A stretch of 64,000 bases of DNA from Capsulimonadaceae bacterium (GCA_965215505.1 OZ244065.1:3008001-3072000); one strand, 5' to 3'. Counted from the stretch's first letter, positions 9,762 through 21,559 are shown. Notes: generated by a model from the sequence alone, not told the origin. A program made the numbers and translations.

Positions 9762-9809
9762 CCCGGCATCCACACCGAATTCAGACGATTCAAAGGAGAC
9801 TTCACCACC

Positions 9810-11009
9810 ATGGCCGCAAAGACGATCACCCCCGGACTGCTCCGGGCCACCTCCCCCCGCAAGGAACTCTTCGAGGGCATCCAGACGGTCGGCAAGGCCG
9901 TCGCCACCCGCTCGTCACTGCCGATCCTCACCCACGTCCGCATCGCTGCCAAGGACGGCAAGCTCTCGATGATGGCGACCGACCTGGAGATGTGGATGGA
10001 ACACACCCTGCCCGGCATCGGCATCATGGAGGACGGCGCGGCGACCGCGCCCGCCCGCAACTTCACCGAGCTTCTGGCCGCCATGCCCGACGCGGACGTG
10101 TCCGTGACGGTCGAGGACGACACCAACACCCTCCACCTGCGCTGCCTCAAGGCCAACTACAAGCTGCTCGGCCTCAGTGCCGACGAGTTCCCCCTGCTGC
10201 CGCAAGTGAAAGAAGACTCCCGCTTCGTCATGGACCGCGAAACCCTGCGGGACGCCATCAAGCAGACCATCTTCGCCACCTCCACCGACGAGACCCGCGC
10301 CATCCTCACCGGCGTCCTGGTCGTCTTCCAGGGCGACAGCCTGCGCCTGGTCGCCACCGACACCCACCGCCTGGCCGTCCGCGACTGCCCCGTCAAGGAG
10401 GGGTCGGGCAGCGCCAGCGCCATCGTCCCGTCGCGCGCCATGAACGAGCTTCTCCGCATCATCGGCAACGAGGAGGGTGAAGTCGTGGTGACTCTCTCCG
10501 GCAACCAGATCCAGTTCCAGATCGAGAACGGCGGCGGCAAGGGCGAAGGAGGCGAGAAGGGCGACGGGCAGGGCAGCAAGACGACCCTGATCTCGCGCCT
10601 GATCGACGGCCAGTTCCCGAACTACGAGCGCGTCATCCCCGCCCAGGCCACCAAGACCCTGACCGTCGAGCGCGCCCCCTTGGCCGCCGCCGTCAAGCGC
10701 GCCTCCATCGTCGCCCGCGACTCGGCCAGCCGGGTCGTCCTGCGGACGACCGAGGACGGCGACCGGCTGACCATCACGGCGGAGAGCGGGAGCGTCGGCA
10801 ACGCCTACGAGGAGGTGGAGGTGGCCCGCGCGGGCGACGCCAGCCCGGTGGAGATCGCCTTCAACGCCAAGTACCTGGCCGACGTGCTGAACGTGCTGGA
10901 CACCGAGGGCCTGCACATCGAGCTGACCGAGCCGCTGCGGCCCGGCGTCATCCGCCCCACCGACGACGCCGACTATTTGTGCGTCCTGATGCCGATGCAG
11001 GTGGTATAA
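9810..11009 (+). CDS. dnaN: DNA polymerase III beta clamp
   Basis: ATDLE, ATDTHRL, LIDGQFPNY, FNAKYL, VLMPM. Confidence 0.97.
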   Translation: MAAKTITPGLLRATSPRKELFEGIQTVGKAVATRSSLPILTHVRIAAKDGKLSMMATDLEMWMEHTLPGIGIMEDGAATAPARNFTELLAAMPDADVSVTVEDDTNTLHLRCLKANYKLLGLSADEFPLLPQVKEDSRFVMDRETLRDAIKQTIFATSTDETRAILTGVLVVFQGDSLRLVATDTHRLAVRDCPVKEGSGSASAIVPSRAMNELLRIIGNEEGEVVVTLSGNQIQFQIENGGGKGEGGEKGDGQGSKTTLISRLIDGQFPNYERVIPAQATKTLTVERAPLAAAVKRASIVARDSASRVVLRTTEDGDRLTITAESGSVGNAYEEVEVARAGDASPVEIAFNAKYLADVLNVLDTEGLHIELTEPLRPGVIRPTDDADYLCVLMPMQVV

Positions 11010-11018
11010 GCAGGACTG

Positions 11019-11052
11019 AAAACGGGGGCGCAGTGATCTGTGCCCCCGTTCT
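11019..11052. terminator. Terminator-like hairpin
   Basis: AACGGGGGCGCAG-loop-CTGTGCCCCCGTT after dnaN. Confidence 0.6.
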
Positions 11053-11150
11053 CATGCTTGCCGCTTTCTCGGTTTCCTGAAGAAACCTGCTGACTGTTCC
11101 TCAGCATTCTTCCGCTGACTGTTCCTCAGCATTCTTCCCCTGAAGAGCGG

Positions 11151-12074
11151 CTAGTCCGGATCGGCCTGGACCGTGAAGTAGGAAAGTACGTTGAAGCCCA
11201 TCGTGTCGGTGAGGTTGCTCTGGTGGCCCGCAATGGTGTCCAGGCGCATGGACTTGACGTGGCCGTCACACCAGAGGACGTTGCAGCGGCCGTTGTGACG
11301 CGCCACCAGGTTACCCAGCTTCTGGTAGCCGTGCCACATGGATATCGGGGGGGCGGTGTCGCTGAACTGGCCGCGCTGCTCGCCCAGGGAAACCACGCCA
11401 TAGCCGTCGGCGGAGAACGCGCCGTCGCTGTCGGCCACCCAGACCGTCGTCGCGGGTGACTCCAGCCGGTTCAGGCTGTAGACATCGGGCGGGGAGGCGT
11501 CGCTGACCGGCGGCCGGGCCGCGCCGTGGTAGGCGCTGTAGTAGGCGGAGTTCATGCAGTAGGAGCCGAAGCGGAAGGTCGGGACGCCGTCGGCGAGCTG
11601 TGTCCACGGCACATAAGAGCCGAAGGAGTTCGGCCCCGCCGTCCGGGGGGCGGCGGGCGTCCGGCTCGAGAGCCAAACATCGGCGGGATTGAGGGAGTCG
11701 CTGGCGTCGCCCTGGTCGGGGCAGTTGAAGACCGCCGCGCTCTTGACGAACGGCTGGATGGCGTCCATCCACTGATAGTGCTGGCCCGCCGCGTCCCCGG
11801 CGGGCGACTCGCGCCCGCCGCCGATGAAAGCACCGTAATAGTGGTTGACCATGGCCTCGTCGTTGTCCTGCGAGTACTGGGTCAGGGCCAAACCGATCTG
11901 TTTGAGGTTGGACTCGCAGGAGATGGCGCGGGCGTTCTCGCGGACCTTCTGGAAGACCGGGAACAGGATGGCGGCGAGAATCGCGATGATGGCGATGACG
12001 ACGAGCAATTCGATCAGGGTGAAGCCTCGGGACGGCTTCAGGGCGCACTTCAGGTTTTTCGGGCGTTTCGACAT
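11151..12074 (-). CDS. DUF1559 prepilin-type N-methylation/H-X9-DG protein
   Basis: [41 protein letters not shown]. Confidence 0.93.
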   Translation of the reverse strand: MSKRPKNLKCALKPSRGFTLIELLVVIAIIAILAAILFPVFQKVRENARAISCESNLKQIGLALTQYSQDNDEAMVNHYYGAFIGGGRESPAGDAAGQHYQWMDAIQPFVKSAAVFNCPDQGDASDSLNPADVWLSSRTPAAPRTAGPNSFGSYVPWTQLADGVPTFRFGSYCMNSAYYSAYHGAARPPVSDASPPDVYSLNRLESPATTVWVADSDGAFSADGYGVVSLGEQRGQFSDTAPPISMWHGYQKLGNLVARHNGRCNVLWCDGHVKSMRLDTIAGHQSNLTDTMGFNVLSYFTVQADPD

Positions 12075-12086
12075 GGTGTTCTCTTT

Positions 12087-13346
12087 CTAGCGGGTGCGGT
12101 CGTGCGACGACAGGAGGGCGCGTGGGACCAGCGGCAGGGCGAGTAGGGCCAGCGCGGTCGTCCCCGCGCTCAGGCAGATCAGGGCGGGCAGCGCGACGTG
12201 CAGATGCTCGTAGAGCCACGACCCCAGGATGTCAGAGCCAGTGCCGCCGAGGTTCGCGGCGCTCATCAGCAGCGAATAAGACATGGCCTCGGCCCCGCGC
12301 GGCGAGGCCCGGCCCGCCAGGTCCATCAGGGCGACCGACACCATGACGCCCAGCAGGCCGCTCACCCCCTGGATGGCGATGGCCGTGCCGTGCGAGTGGT
12401 AGCCCAGGAACAGCAGAGTGCCCCCCGCGCTCAGGACGATCCCGGCCGTCAGCAGCCGGGCCAGCGGCAGGCGCGTGCATAGCCAGGCGTAGGTCAAGGC
12501 CCCCGCGATGGCGGCGGCGTTATAAAGCCCGCCGAGCCAGCCAATGAACTTGGGGCTGAAGTGCAGGGTGTTGGTCTGATAGAAGAAGAGCGGCGTCCCG
12601 AAGCCCGGCGACAGGTCCTTCAGGAAGATGAAGGCGGCGGCCAGCCACAGGGCGCGCGAGGACAGGACGGGCCGCAGGCTCGCCCAGACCTCCGCCCCCG
12701 AGACGCGCGCCCGGCCGCTCTCGTGACGCTCCGGCAGCAGGAACAGGGCGGCAGGGACCAGCCCCAGGAATAGGACGGCCCCGATGCCGCAGGTCAAGCC
12801 GAAGGAGTGCCCGACGAGGTATCCGCCGACGGGCTGGGCGACGAGGATGGTCCCGGCGATGATCGTCTCGCGCAGCGACCCCATGCGCCCGGTCCAGCCC
12901 TGCCGCTGGCCCGCCTCCACCAGCAGGCCGCCCGACACGCTGCTGGCAAGGACGGCGAAGGCGTTGGCCCCGATCAGCACCCAGAGGAGCGGCGCGTACT
13001 GTCGCGGGACGAAGGCCAGCAAGGCCCAGAATCCTCCCGCCGCCAGGCCGCTGAGGATCAGGTAATTGCGCCGCCGCGATCCCCACAGGGGCACGACGTC
13101 GGAGAGCAGCCCGGCGACCGGCTTGAAGTACCAGGCGAGGCTGGTCAGCCCGAAGAAGGCGGCCATCGCGGTCGGCCCGAGGTGCAGGTGGTTCTTCAGC
13201 AGATACTGGAGCGGCAGCTTGGCGTGCCGGCTGTCGCTGACGAAGGTGGAGACGAGCAGGCCCACCACGATCATCGCCATCAGGTGCCGGTGCCGACTCT
13301 GCGGCTCCAGGAACGTCTCGGCATTCGTGGAAGCGGTCACAGCCAT
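12087..13346 (-). CDS. MFS transporter, BT1 (folate/biopterin)-like
   Basis: WYFKPVAGLLSDVVPLWGSRRRNY motif, about 12 TMs. Confidence 0.85.
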   Translation of the reverse strand: MAVTASTNAETFLEPQSRHRHLMAMIVVGLLVSTFVSDSRHAKLPLQYLLKNHLHLGPTAMAAFFGLTSLAWYFKPVAGLLSDVVPLWGSRRRNYLILSGLAAGGFWALLAFVPRQYAPLLWVLIGANAFAVLASSVSGGLLVEAGQRQGWTGRMGSLRETIIAGTILVAQPVGGYLVGHSFGLTCGIGAVLFLGLVPAALFLLPERHESGRARVSGAEVWASLRPVLSSRALWLAAAFIFLKDLSPGFGTPLFFYQTNTLHFSPKFIGWLGGLYNAAAIAGALTYAWLCTRLPLARLLTAGIVLSAGGTLLFLGYHSHGTAIAIQGVSGLLGVMVSVALMDLAGRASPRGAEAMSYSLLMSAANLGGTGSDILGSWLYEHLHVALPALICLSAGTTALALLALPLVPRALLSSHDRTR

Positions 13347-13682
13347 CGGGCGATCCCTCTTACTTCTACTTGCTCGGAGTCGTGCGGCCAGAGGGCCGGG
13401 TGCGTCAGGGCGGGGGCGTGATACAATGGCCGGGAAAGGCCGGGAAGCGGGTTAAGAAGACTAAGGAAAAGACCAGGCAAACGCCGGTCGGTCGTCGGCA
13501 CGGGGCCAAAGCGTGGCATGTCGGCGGTCGCGATCTAAGGAGAACTGTCTCCGGCGTCTGTCCCCTCGGGACACGGCATTATACCCCCTCTTCCCGCCGC
13601 TAAACCTCCCCAAACCCTGTCCGCGCGTGGACTTTTCCGCGCCGCGCAAGGCTTCCCCGTGCGGGCCGGGTACAATCCCCCC

Positions 13683-14909
13683 ATGAAGATCGTGCAGCTA
13701 GACATCCAGGGCTTCCGCTCCCTCAAAAACGTCTCCTGGCGTCCGGGCGACTTGAACGTCATCATCGGCCCCAACGGCAGCGGCAAGTCAAACCTGCTGC
13801 GGATGCTGGAGATGATCTCGGCGGCGGCACAGGGGCGGCTGAGTAGATTCATTCAGGCTGAAGGCGGGTTTGGAGCGGTACTTTGGGATGGTCAAGCTGA
13901 GAGCATCAAGTTTTCTGTAGCAATGTCCCAGATGCACACGGCCCCTCCTACCCCACTGGAGGTGGTTGAAGTCATTCCTGATCATCCAACAACGCCACCT
14001 CGTTTCGCTTACAACATTGAGTTGTTGCCCTCTGGAAAAGGGGCAAGTTACCGCGTGGGACAGGAACAATTGCAAGATTGAAGAAAATCACCTGGACTAT
14101 CTAACGAGGCATGGGTTGATTGCTCAGGCGTATACCAAAAATGGACGGATCCCTATTGACCAGACTATATCAATGAGGAAGAAGCCATTCTGCCTACAAC
14201 AATCTCACCTTACGGTGAGTTTGACGAAAAGCAATCTCTAATCTCGTCTGTCGCAGCCTGGTCTCTTTATCCTACCTTTCGTACCGACAAAGACGCGCCC
14301 ATCCGTCAAGCGCCAGTGTCACGTCTTGAACAGCGCCTGGCCTCGGACGGACAGAACCTCATCAACGTCCTGCACACGCTCTACACCCGCGACCGCCAGT
14401 TCAAACAGGACATCGATAATGCCATGTCTGCGGCGTTCGGCGAAGATTTCGATCAGCTAGTGTTTCCACCGGACGCAGGCGACCAGCGGATACAGATGCG
14501 GCTGCGCTGGAAATCACTTAAACGAGAACAGTCGAGCGCCGACCTGTCCGATGGCACTTTGCGCTTCCTGTTTCTGATGACGGTCTTTGCCAGCCGCAAC
14601 CCGCCGCCACTCATCGCCATTGACGAACCCGAGACGGGCCTGCATCCGTCCATGATGCCGATCATCGCCGAGTTCGCGGCGGATGCGGCTACGCGAACGC
14701 AGGTCATCTTCACGACGCACTCCGACCGGTTTCTAGACGCCTTTCGGGACACGAAGCCGACAGCAACCGTGGCGAGGTTGGAGAACGGCGAAACCGTTCT
14801 AAAGACGATTTCCGGCGAGACGCTGGATTACTGGCTGCAAGAATATTCGCTCGGCAGCCTCTTCCGCTCCGGCGAGCTTGAGGATAATGAACTTCATCCT
14901 CTTTACTAA
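13683..14909 (+). pseudogene. AAA_21 ATPase interrupted by two in-frame TGA codons
   Basis: GPNGSGKS, LSDGT, IDEPE and TTHS are all in one frame; TGA at 14079 and 14157. Confidence 0.8.
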
Positions 14910-15027
14910 ACTTGACCCATCTATCGCATACGGCAAGTGCCCCCGCCTGAAGGCGCTGCCGGACGAGATGCTGCTGCTCGCCCGGCAGGCCGGCCTCTCC
15001 GAAGCCCTAGTGTCACACCCCCTGTGA
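14887..15027 (+). pseudogene. Internally deleted partner gene remnant (DUF4276-like)
   Basis: MNFILF joined directly to KLDPSIAYGKCPRLKALPDEMLLLARQAG, resembling both termini of this family; assignment from recall. Confidence 0.5.
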
Positions 15028-15128
15028 CACACTTCACGCGCGGCCTGTGACACAAGGCCCGTCCTTCCGCCTCCCCAGCGTCCATACTGTCCCCAACCGC
15101 ACGAAATCGGAACAAGGGGGACGGGGCA

Positions 15129-15311
15129 ATGGTGACGATGAAATGGGCGCGAGACGAGCAGGGCCGGCCGGTGCCGATCTGGAAGGCGGAAGCGCCGTCA
15201 GCGGCGCAGGCGCAGGCATTCGGGACGCACTATCGCAAGGCCGCACGCCCGGCGAACCGTGTGCGCCCCATGGTACGGTGTCCCCTCCGGATGACCGCCG
15301 CCGCGAAGTGA
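15129..15311 (+). CDS. Small hypothetical protein
   Basis: ORF with RBS-like sequence, followed by 19-bp repeats and a hairpin/U-tract (15377-15413). Confidence 0.45.
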   Translation: MVTMKWARDEQGRPVPIWKAEAPSAAQAQAFGTHYRKAARPANRVRPMVRCPLRMTAAAK

Positions 15312-15561
15312 GGCGCGCGCAACAGAGTGAGGCGCGCGCAACAGAGTGAGGCACGCAAGACAGAGTGACGCGATGAAACCCCCGATGCCTGCATCGGGGG
15401 TTGGTTTGTTTTACGCCCCAAAGCCGGCAGGAATCGCCGGGGTTAAAGGTGAACCGTGGGGGGAATAAGCGGGTAACGCGGAAAGTCAAGGAAGCGTATA
15501 CTGGATTTCAGGCGGCAGCGACCAACAGCGCCGAGCGTCCGTCACCCCGGAGGAGTTTTGC

Positions 15562-16617
<1,056 letters not shown>

Positions 16618-16625
16618 GGGACGCT

Positions 16626-17039
16626 TTGGACAAACTCTGGGCGAACCTGCACGGCGGCAGTACGCACTTCCCGATTGCCCTGATGATCGCCTCCTTCCTG
16701 TTCGACGCATTGGCCTATGTCCGGCGCGAGCCGTACAAGCGGGATCTGCACGTCGCCGGCTTCTACACATTGCTGCTGGGCGCTCTGGCAACCCTGGTGG
16801 CGACGTTGTCGGGGCTTGCGATCTCGGCCTGGGTGTTCTTCGGGAACGGAACGCTGGCAAAGCACCACGACTTCGTCTGGCCCGCCTTCGGCCTGATGAT
16901 CGCCCTGGCCGTCTGGCGGCTGGTCGTGCGCGAACAGGCCACGCGGCCCGCGTTCGCCGTCTACCTGGTCGCGGCGGGCGTGACGGCGGGGCTGATGGCG
17001 GCGGCCGGGTACTTCGGCGGCGAGTTGCTGGGGGCTTAG
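16626..17039 (+). CDS. DUF2231 membrane protein
   Basis: LH...HFPIAL, four TMs, GYFGGEL. Confidence 0.8.
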   Translation: MDKLWANLHGGSTHFPIALMIASFLFDALAYVRREPYKRDLHVAGFYTLLLGALATLVATLSGLAISAWVFFGNGTLAKHHDFVWPAFGLMIALAVWRLVVREQATRPAFAVYLVAAGVTAGLMAAAGYFGGELLGA

Positions 17040-17064
17040 GAAAAGTCCTGGAAAGAACAAAGCA

Positions 17065-17475
17065 ATGGCGCGTGAACTCAAGGGACTAGTGGCCGGGCTT
17101 GCCGCCGGGCTTGGTGTGGTTGGCCTCGCCTACGGCGCGTCCGCTGTGGGGACACATTTCGTGTCCGCCGAGACGAAACAGGCGGAGGCGAAGCAGGCCG
17201 TTCCGTCCGAGAAACGCCCCCCGGCGGGCGGGCAGACGGCGAGCGCGCAGCTCGTCGCCACGGGCCGCACCCTGTATCTGGGCGACTGCGCGGGCTGCCA
17301 CGGTCAGCAAGGCCAGGGCCAGATCGGCCCCAAGCTGCTGCATTTGGGCGACCCGGACGACAAGGTCAGGCGAAACATCGCGAACGGTTTCCCGCCCAGA
17401 ATGCCCGGCTTCAAGAGCCAGTACAGCGACGCGCAGCTCACGGCGGTCGTCGCCTACGTTCAATCGTTAGAGTAG
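17065..17475 (+). CDS. Monoheme cytochrome c
   Basis: CAGCHG, GPKL, MPGF distal Met, N-terminal anchor. Confidence 0.9.
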   Translation: MARELKGLVAGLAAGLGVVGLAYGASAVGTHFVSAETKQAEAKQAVPSEKRPPAGGQTASAQLVATGRTLYLGDCAGCHGQQGQGQIGPKLLHLGDPDDKVRRNIANGFPPRMPGFKSQYSDAQLTAVVAYVQSLE

Positions 17476-17523
17476 AGCTAAGAGCGAGCAAAGAACAAGT
17501 AAAGACAAGATCACGGAGACATT

Positions 17524-19125
17524 ATGGCCACAATGACAGAACCCAAGCCGGACCTCGACAACCCCACCCTCGACCCGGACGAGCAGAAGACGGCGGCGGA
17601 CACCGACCGGCTGATCGAGTCTCCCATCCCCCCCTGTACGGTCGTCATCTTCGGGGCGACGGGCGACCTGACCCACCGCAAGCTGATCCCTGCGCTGTTC
17701 TCGCTCGAAGTGCAGGGCCTGCTGCCGGACAAGATGAAGATCGTCGGGTTCGCCCGGCGTGACTTCTCCGACCACTCCTTCCGTGAGGAGCTGCAAAGCT
17801 CGCTCCAGGAGTTCGCGCCGGACTTGTGGAAGGAGTCACCGGACGCCTGGCACAAGTTCGCCCGCCGGGTCGTCTTCCACCGCTCCGACTTCGACAACGC
17901 CCAAGGGTTCGCGTGGCTGAAGGAGCGGCTGGACAAGTTCGATCAGTCCGAGGGGACTCAGGGCAACCGCCTGTTCTATCTCGCCACGCCGCCTACCACC
18001 TACACGACCGTCATCCAGCAGCTCGGCAAGGCTGGCCTGGTCAAGTCCGGCGACGAGAAGGACAGCGCCGGGTTCACGCGCATCATCGTCGAGAAGCCCT
18101 TTGGGTCGGACCTGACGAGCGCGCGCGCTTTGAACGCCGAACTCAAGCAGGTCTTCGACGAGGAGCAGATCTACCGCATTGACCACTACCTCGGGAAAGA
18201 GACGGTTCAGAACATCTTCGTCTTCCGGTTCGCCAACCTCCTGTTCGAGCCGCTGTGGAATTCCAAGTACATAGACAATGTGCAGGTGACGGTCGCCGAA
18301 ACGGTGGGCGTCGAGCAGCGCGCGGGCTACTTCGACAATGCGGGCGAACTGCGCGACATGGTGCAGTCGCACGCCCTCCAGATGCTGGCGCTCATCGCGA
18401 TGGAGCCGCCGAATACGCTGGATGCCCGCGACATCCGCGACGAGAAGGCCAAGGCCCTGCGCGCGATCAAGCCGGTCCTGGATAATGACTGCGAAACGTG
18501 CGTCGTGCGCGGCCAGTACGGGGCGGGCAAGATGGGCGACAAGGACGTGCCGGCGTACCGGGACGAGCCGAACGTCCCCAAGGAGTCGGTCACGGACTCG
18601 TTCGTCGCCCTGAAGCTGGAGATCCAGAACTGGCGCTGGGCCGGCGTCCCCTTCTACGTCCGGGCCGGGAAACGGATGCCGGAGCGCGTCACCGAGGTCA
18701 ACATCACCTTCAAGGACGTGCCCCAGGTCCTGCTGGCGAACGAGGCCGAAGACAACGCCGAGCCGAACGTCATCACGATCCGGGTCCAGCCGAACGAGGG
18801 GATCTCGATGCGGCTGGGTGCCAAACCGCCGGGCCAGAAGACGGTCGTCCGCCCCGTGGACATGCACTTCACCTATGGCACGAGCTTCGGCCAGCGCATT
18901 CACGATGCCTACGAGCGGCTGATCATGGACGCCCTGATCGGCGACGCCGCCCTGTTCACCCGCGACGACGAGGTGGAAGCCGAGTGGGGCCTGATCACGC
19001 CCATCCTGGACCACTGGAAGAAAGCCAAAGCCCCCGAACTGCCGAACTACGCGGCGGGGAGTTGGGGGCCGGAGGCCGCCGACAAGATGGTGACCGATTC
19101 GGGACGCAAGTGGTGGAACCGGTAG
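17524..19125 (+). CDS. zwf: Glucose-6-phosphate 1-dehydrogenase
   Basis: GATGDL, EKPFG, RIDHYLGKE. Confidence 0.97.
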   Translation: MATMTEPKPDLDNPTLDPDEQKTAADTDRLIESPIPPCTVVIFGATGDLTHRKLIPALFSLEVQGLLPDKMKIVGFARRDFSDHSFREELQSSLQEFAPDLWKESPDAWHKFARRVVFHRSDFDNAQGFAWLKERLDKFDQSEGTQGNRLFYLATPPTTYTTVIQQLGKAGLVKSGDEKDSAGFTRIIVEKPFGSDLTSARALNAELKQVFDEEQIYRIDHYLGKETVQNIFVFRFANLLFEPLWNSKYIDNVQVTVAETVGVEQRAGYFDNAGELRDMVQSHALQMLALIAMEPPNTLDARDIRDEKAKALRAIKPVLDNDCETCVVRGQYGAGKMGDKDVPAYRDEPNVPKESVTDSFVALKLEIQNWRWAGVPFYVRAGKRMPERVTEVNITFKDVPQVLLANEAEDNAEPNVITIRVQPNEGISMRLGAKPPGQKTVVRPVDMHFTYGTSFGQRIHDAYERLIMDALIGDAALFTRDDEVEAEWGLITPILDHWKKAKAPELPNYAAGSWGPEAADKMVTDSGRKWWNR

Positions 19126-19135
19126 GCGGTAGATG

Positions 19136-19175
19136 CAGAAGGGCGGCGGGGGTAATCCCCGCCGCCCTTCTTTTG
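19136..19175 (+). terminator. Intrinsic terminator
   Basis: GAAGGGCGGCGGGG-loop-CCCCGCCGCCCTTCTTTT. Confidence 0.8.
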
Positions 19176-19210
19176 TGCGTGGGGACAGACCCCCGGCGCG
19201 GACGCCGACC

Positions 19211-19342
19211 CCGGAGCAACTGCACCCGACTGCCCCCGCAAGCGGGAGAAGGGTGAGGAAAGAGGGGCCGAGGGACGAAGAAGGGCGGGGTAAACCCCGC
19301 CCCTACAGGCAATCCCGTAGGGGTAGGGTTCACCCCTACCCT
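19211..19342. repeat. Family D repeat (CCCCCGCAAGCGGGAG) followed by a GTAG REP doublet
   Basis: Matches 42508-42640 in inverted orientation; the doublet matches 35232-35300. Confidence 0.7.
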
Positions 19343-19381
19343 CTTATCCGCTCACGTCGTCCCCCATGTCGCCCCCTTCCC

Positions 19382-20770
19382 TCACGCCGTCAATCCGCGC
19401 CCACGCCGCCGCGCCCGCAGCACGGCGAAGCCGATGCCGAGCAGGGCCATGACCCCAGCCAGCTCGTAGAGCCACAGCGAGAAGACACTGTCCGCCGCGA
19501 CAGGCGGCGCTTCCTGGTAATGCGCCAAGGTGGTCGGGAGAGAGGGATGCGCGTCCGTCGCCAGCGTCCAGAAGCGCGTCCCAACCGGATAGTGCGGGAC
19601 GAACAGCGAGTCGGGAACATCGTTGAACGCGATGTTCTCGAAACGCCGGCGATGGTTGCCTATCTCCTGCCGACGCCCCAAACCCAGGGCGGCGTATTCA
19701 AACCGCCCCTCGCTCGTGACCCAGAGCGCGCCGACCTTGACGACCCGCCGGGTTTCACGCACCATCTGTAGGGCGAAAGGTGGCCGCCCGTCCGCCACTC
19801 CGGTTTCGGTCTTGACGGACATCCATCCCAGCCTGGGTGCCAGCCATAGCCGTACCGACTCCCCTTGCCCCCAGTGTGTCGTGTTCTCACAGCGCACGAC
19901 GGTCAGAGGGCCGAATTGGGCATCATTAACGGTCCCTTCCACTGTCGGCCTGCCGCGCCGCAGCATGTCGCCGATCCAGACGCCGTCCACTTTGTAGCCG
20001 AATTGTAAGACTTCATCAGGGTCATGCGGCTTGAACCCACCGCCGGGCAGGTAGGCGCTCACCCCATGCGTCTGCCGGGCGCGGGTGCTGCCGATGGGGC
20101 CGTTCCATTCGGTGAGCAGATCACGCATCGTGCGGCCGTCGAAGATCCAGACGTCGTCGGAGTGCCTGGTTTCGTCTGGCTTTGTGCCGTAGCGCTCGTC
20201 CGCGACCTCCCGCGAGTAGTACAGCAAGCCCTTGGAAGCGACTTCATAGGCGTGGGTGAACTCGCCCTCATACTTGCTGCCGTTATAACTGCGGACCGTG
20301 TTACTGCCCTGAAACCGCACCGACTGGATTTGGCGCGCGTAGCCGTCCTGAGCGGCCTGGATCGCTGCCAGCGTTGAAGAGGCGGACGGGGACGGCGTCG
20401 GCGCGGCCTCCTGTTCCATCGGCCTGCTGAGGGCGAAGTACCAGTAGGCGGTATAGCCGACCGTCACGACCAAAAGTGTCAGGGCCACGCACGACGCCGT
20501 TTTGAGCAGCATTGACAGCCAGCGGCGGCGGCGCAGGTGCTGCCGGGACAGCTCGCTGCCGATCTGTTTGGGATCACCGAACTTTTTCATCGCGTCCTCC
20601 ATTGCTTCCGCCGTCGAGACGGTGCGGGCGGCATGGGCCGCTAATCTTTCTAAGTGCTGCCGCAGCTCCTCGCGCGTATCCCGCCGCTCGCGGGCCGGGA
20701 CGAGCCAGAGCCGCCGGCAGATGCGGTCCAAATAGCGGTCCAGGGGCGCGGGGTCAGGCTTTCTGCTCAT
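19382..20770 (-). CDS. HAAS/permease-prefix-domain membrane protein
   Basis: YL...EELRQHLE...FGDPKQI motif, two TMs, large external domain. Confidence 0.75.
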   Translation of the reverse strand: MSRKPDPAPLDRYLDRICRRLWLVPARERRDTREELRQHLERLAAHAARTVSTAEAMEDAMKKFGDPKQIGSELSRQHLRRRRWLSMLLKTASCVALTLLVVTVGYTAYWYFALSRPMEQEAAPTPSPSASSTLAAIQAAQDGYARQIQSVRFQGSNTVRSYNGSKYEGEFTHAYEVASKGLLYYSREVADERYGTKPDETRHSDDVWIFDGRTMRDLLTEWNGPIGSTRARQTHGVSAYLPGGGFKPHDPDEVLQFGYKVDGVWIGDMLRRGRPTVEGTVNDAQFGPLTVVRCENTTHWGQGESVRLWLAPRLGWMSVKTETGVADGRPPFALQMVRETRRVVKVGALWVTSEGRFEYAALGLGRRQEIGNHRRRFENIAFNDVPDSLFVPHYPVGTRFWTLATDAHPSLPTTLAHYQEAPPVAADSVFSLWLYELAGVMALLGIGFAVLRARRRGRGLTA

Positions 20771-21101
20771 CAGGCCGCCCCCCCAGAATGCCGCTGACGG
20801 CGCGGGCGTAGTCGTGCCACGCCTGGGCCTGCTTCGCCAGTTCTCCCCGGCCCTGCTCGGTCAGCGAGTAAACCTTACGGGCGGGGCCGCTCGGCTGGAT
20901 TTCCCACGCGCCAGCGATGTGCCCCTCCCCTTCCAGGGCGCGGAGGGCGGGGTAGAGCGTCCCCTCGCCGGGCTTCAAGGCGCTGCCGCTGCGCTGCTCG
21001 ATCTCGCGGGCGAGGGCATACCCGTGCTGCGGGCCGTCCGCCAGCACCGCCAGCACCCAGACGGTCGTGCCGCCCTTCTGCGTATCCTGCCGTTTCGCCA
21101 T
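20754..21101 (-). CDS. PadR family regulator
   Basis: HGYAL, GTLYPALRALE, RKVYSLT. Confidence 0.93.
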   Translation of the reverse strand: MAKRQDTQKGGTTVWVLAVLADGPQHGYALAREIEQRSGSALKPGEGTLYPALRALEGEGHIAGAWEIQPSGPARKVYSLTEQGRGELAKQAQAWHDYARAVSGILGGRPDEQKA

Positions 21102-21238
21102 GTGTAGCCTCCTATTGACTTCATTATACATCTACTATCGTGGTATGTCAAGCGTGATTTTCGGGGGCGTGCAGGAAAAGGGGGCGGGGGGCGCGAACGT
21201 CTGGGGCAGTTCGCTATTACGACAGGAGACACAGACTC

Positions 21239-21559
21239 ATGCCGACAGTTGCCATCGAGGGCCGGGACGCCTTTGAAGTGGAGGCCGGGAAGAAGCTCGT
21301 CCTCGCCATCGAGGACTCGGGGTACGACATCCTACACCGCTGCGGCGGCATCGCCCGCTGCACCACCTGTAAGGTCCATTTCCTGAGCGGTGAGCCGTCC
21401 GAGATGAACGCCGAGGAGCGGGCGACGCTAGAGGAGGATGGGCTGCTCGGTCAGTACCGCCTATCCTGTCAGGTCCGGGTCAGCGGCGACATGAGCCTGG
21501 ACCCGCCGGACCGCGCGAGCGACCGGGGCATCACGCCGGGGGACCGGCCGGAGGATTAA
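21239..21559 (+). CDS. 2Fe-2S ferredoxin
   Basis: [10 protein letters not shown] and RLSCQ. Confidence 0.92.
   Translation: MPTVAIEGRDAFEVEAGKKLVLAIEDSGYDILHRCGGIARCTTCKVHFLSGEPSEMNAEERATLEEDGLLGQYRLSCQVRVSGDMSLDPPDRASDRGITPGDRPED

Noticed and set aside
13445-13470. Pho box upstream of the MFS/DUF1559 operon
   Set aside because: Half-sites are 9 bp apart, not 11
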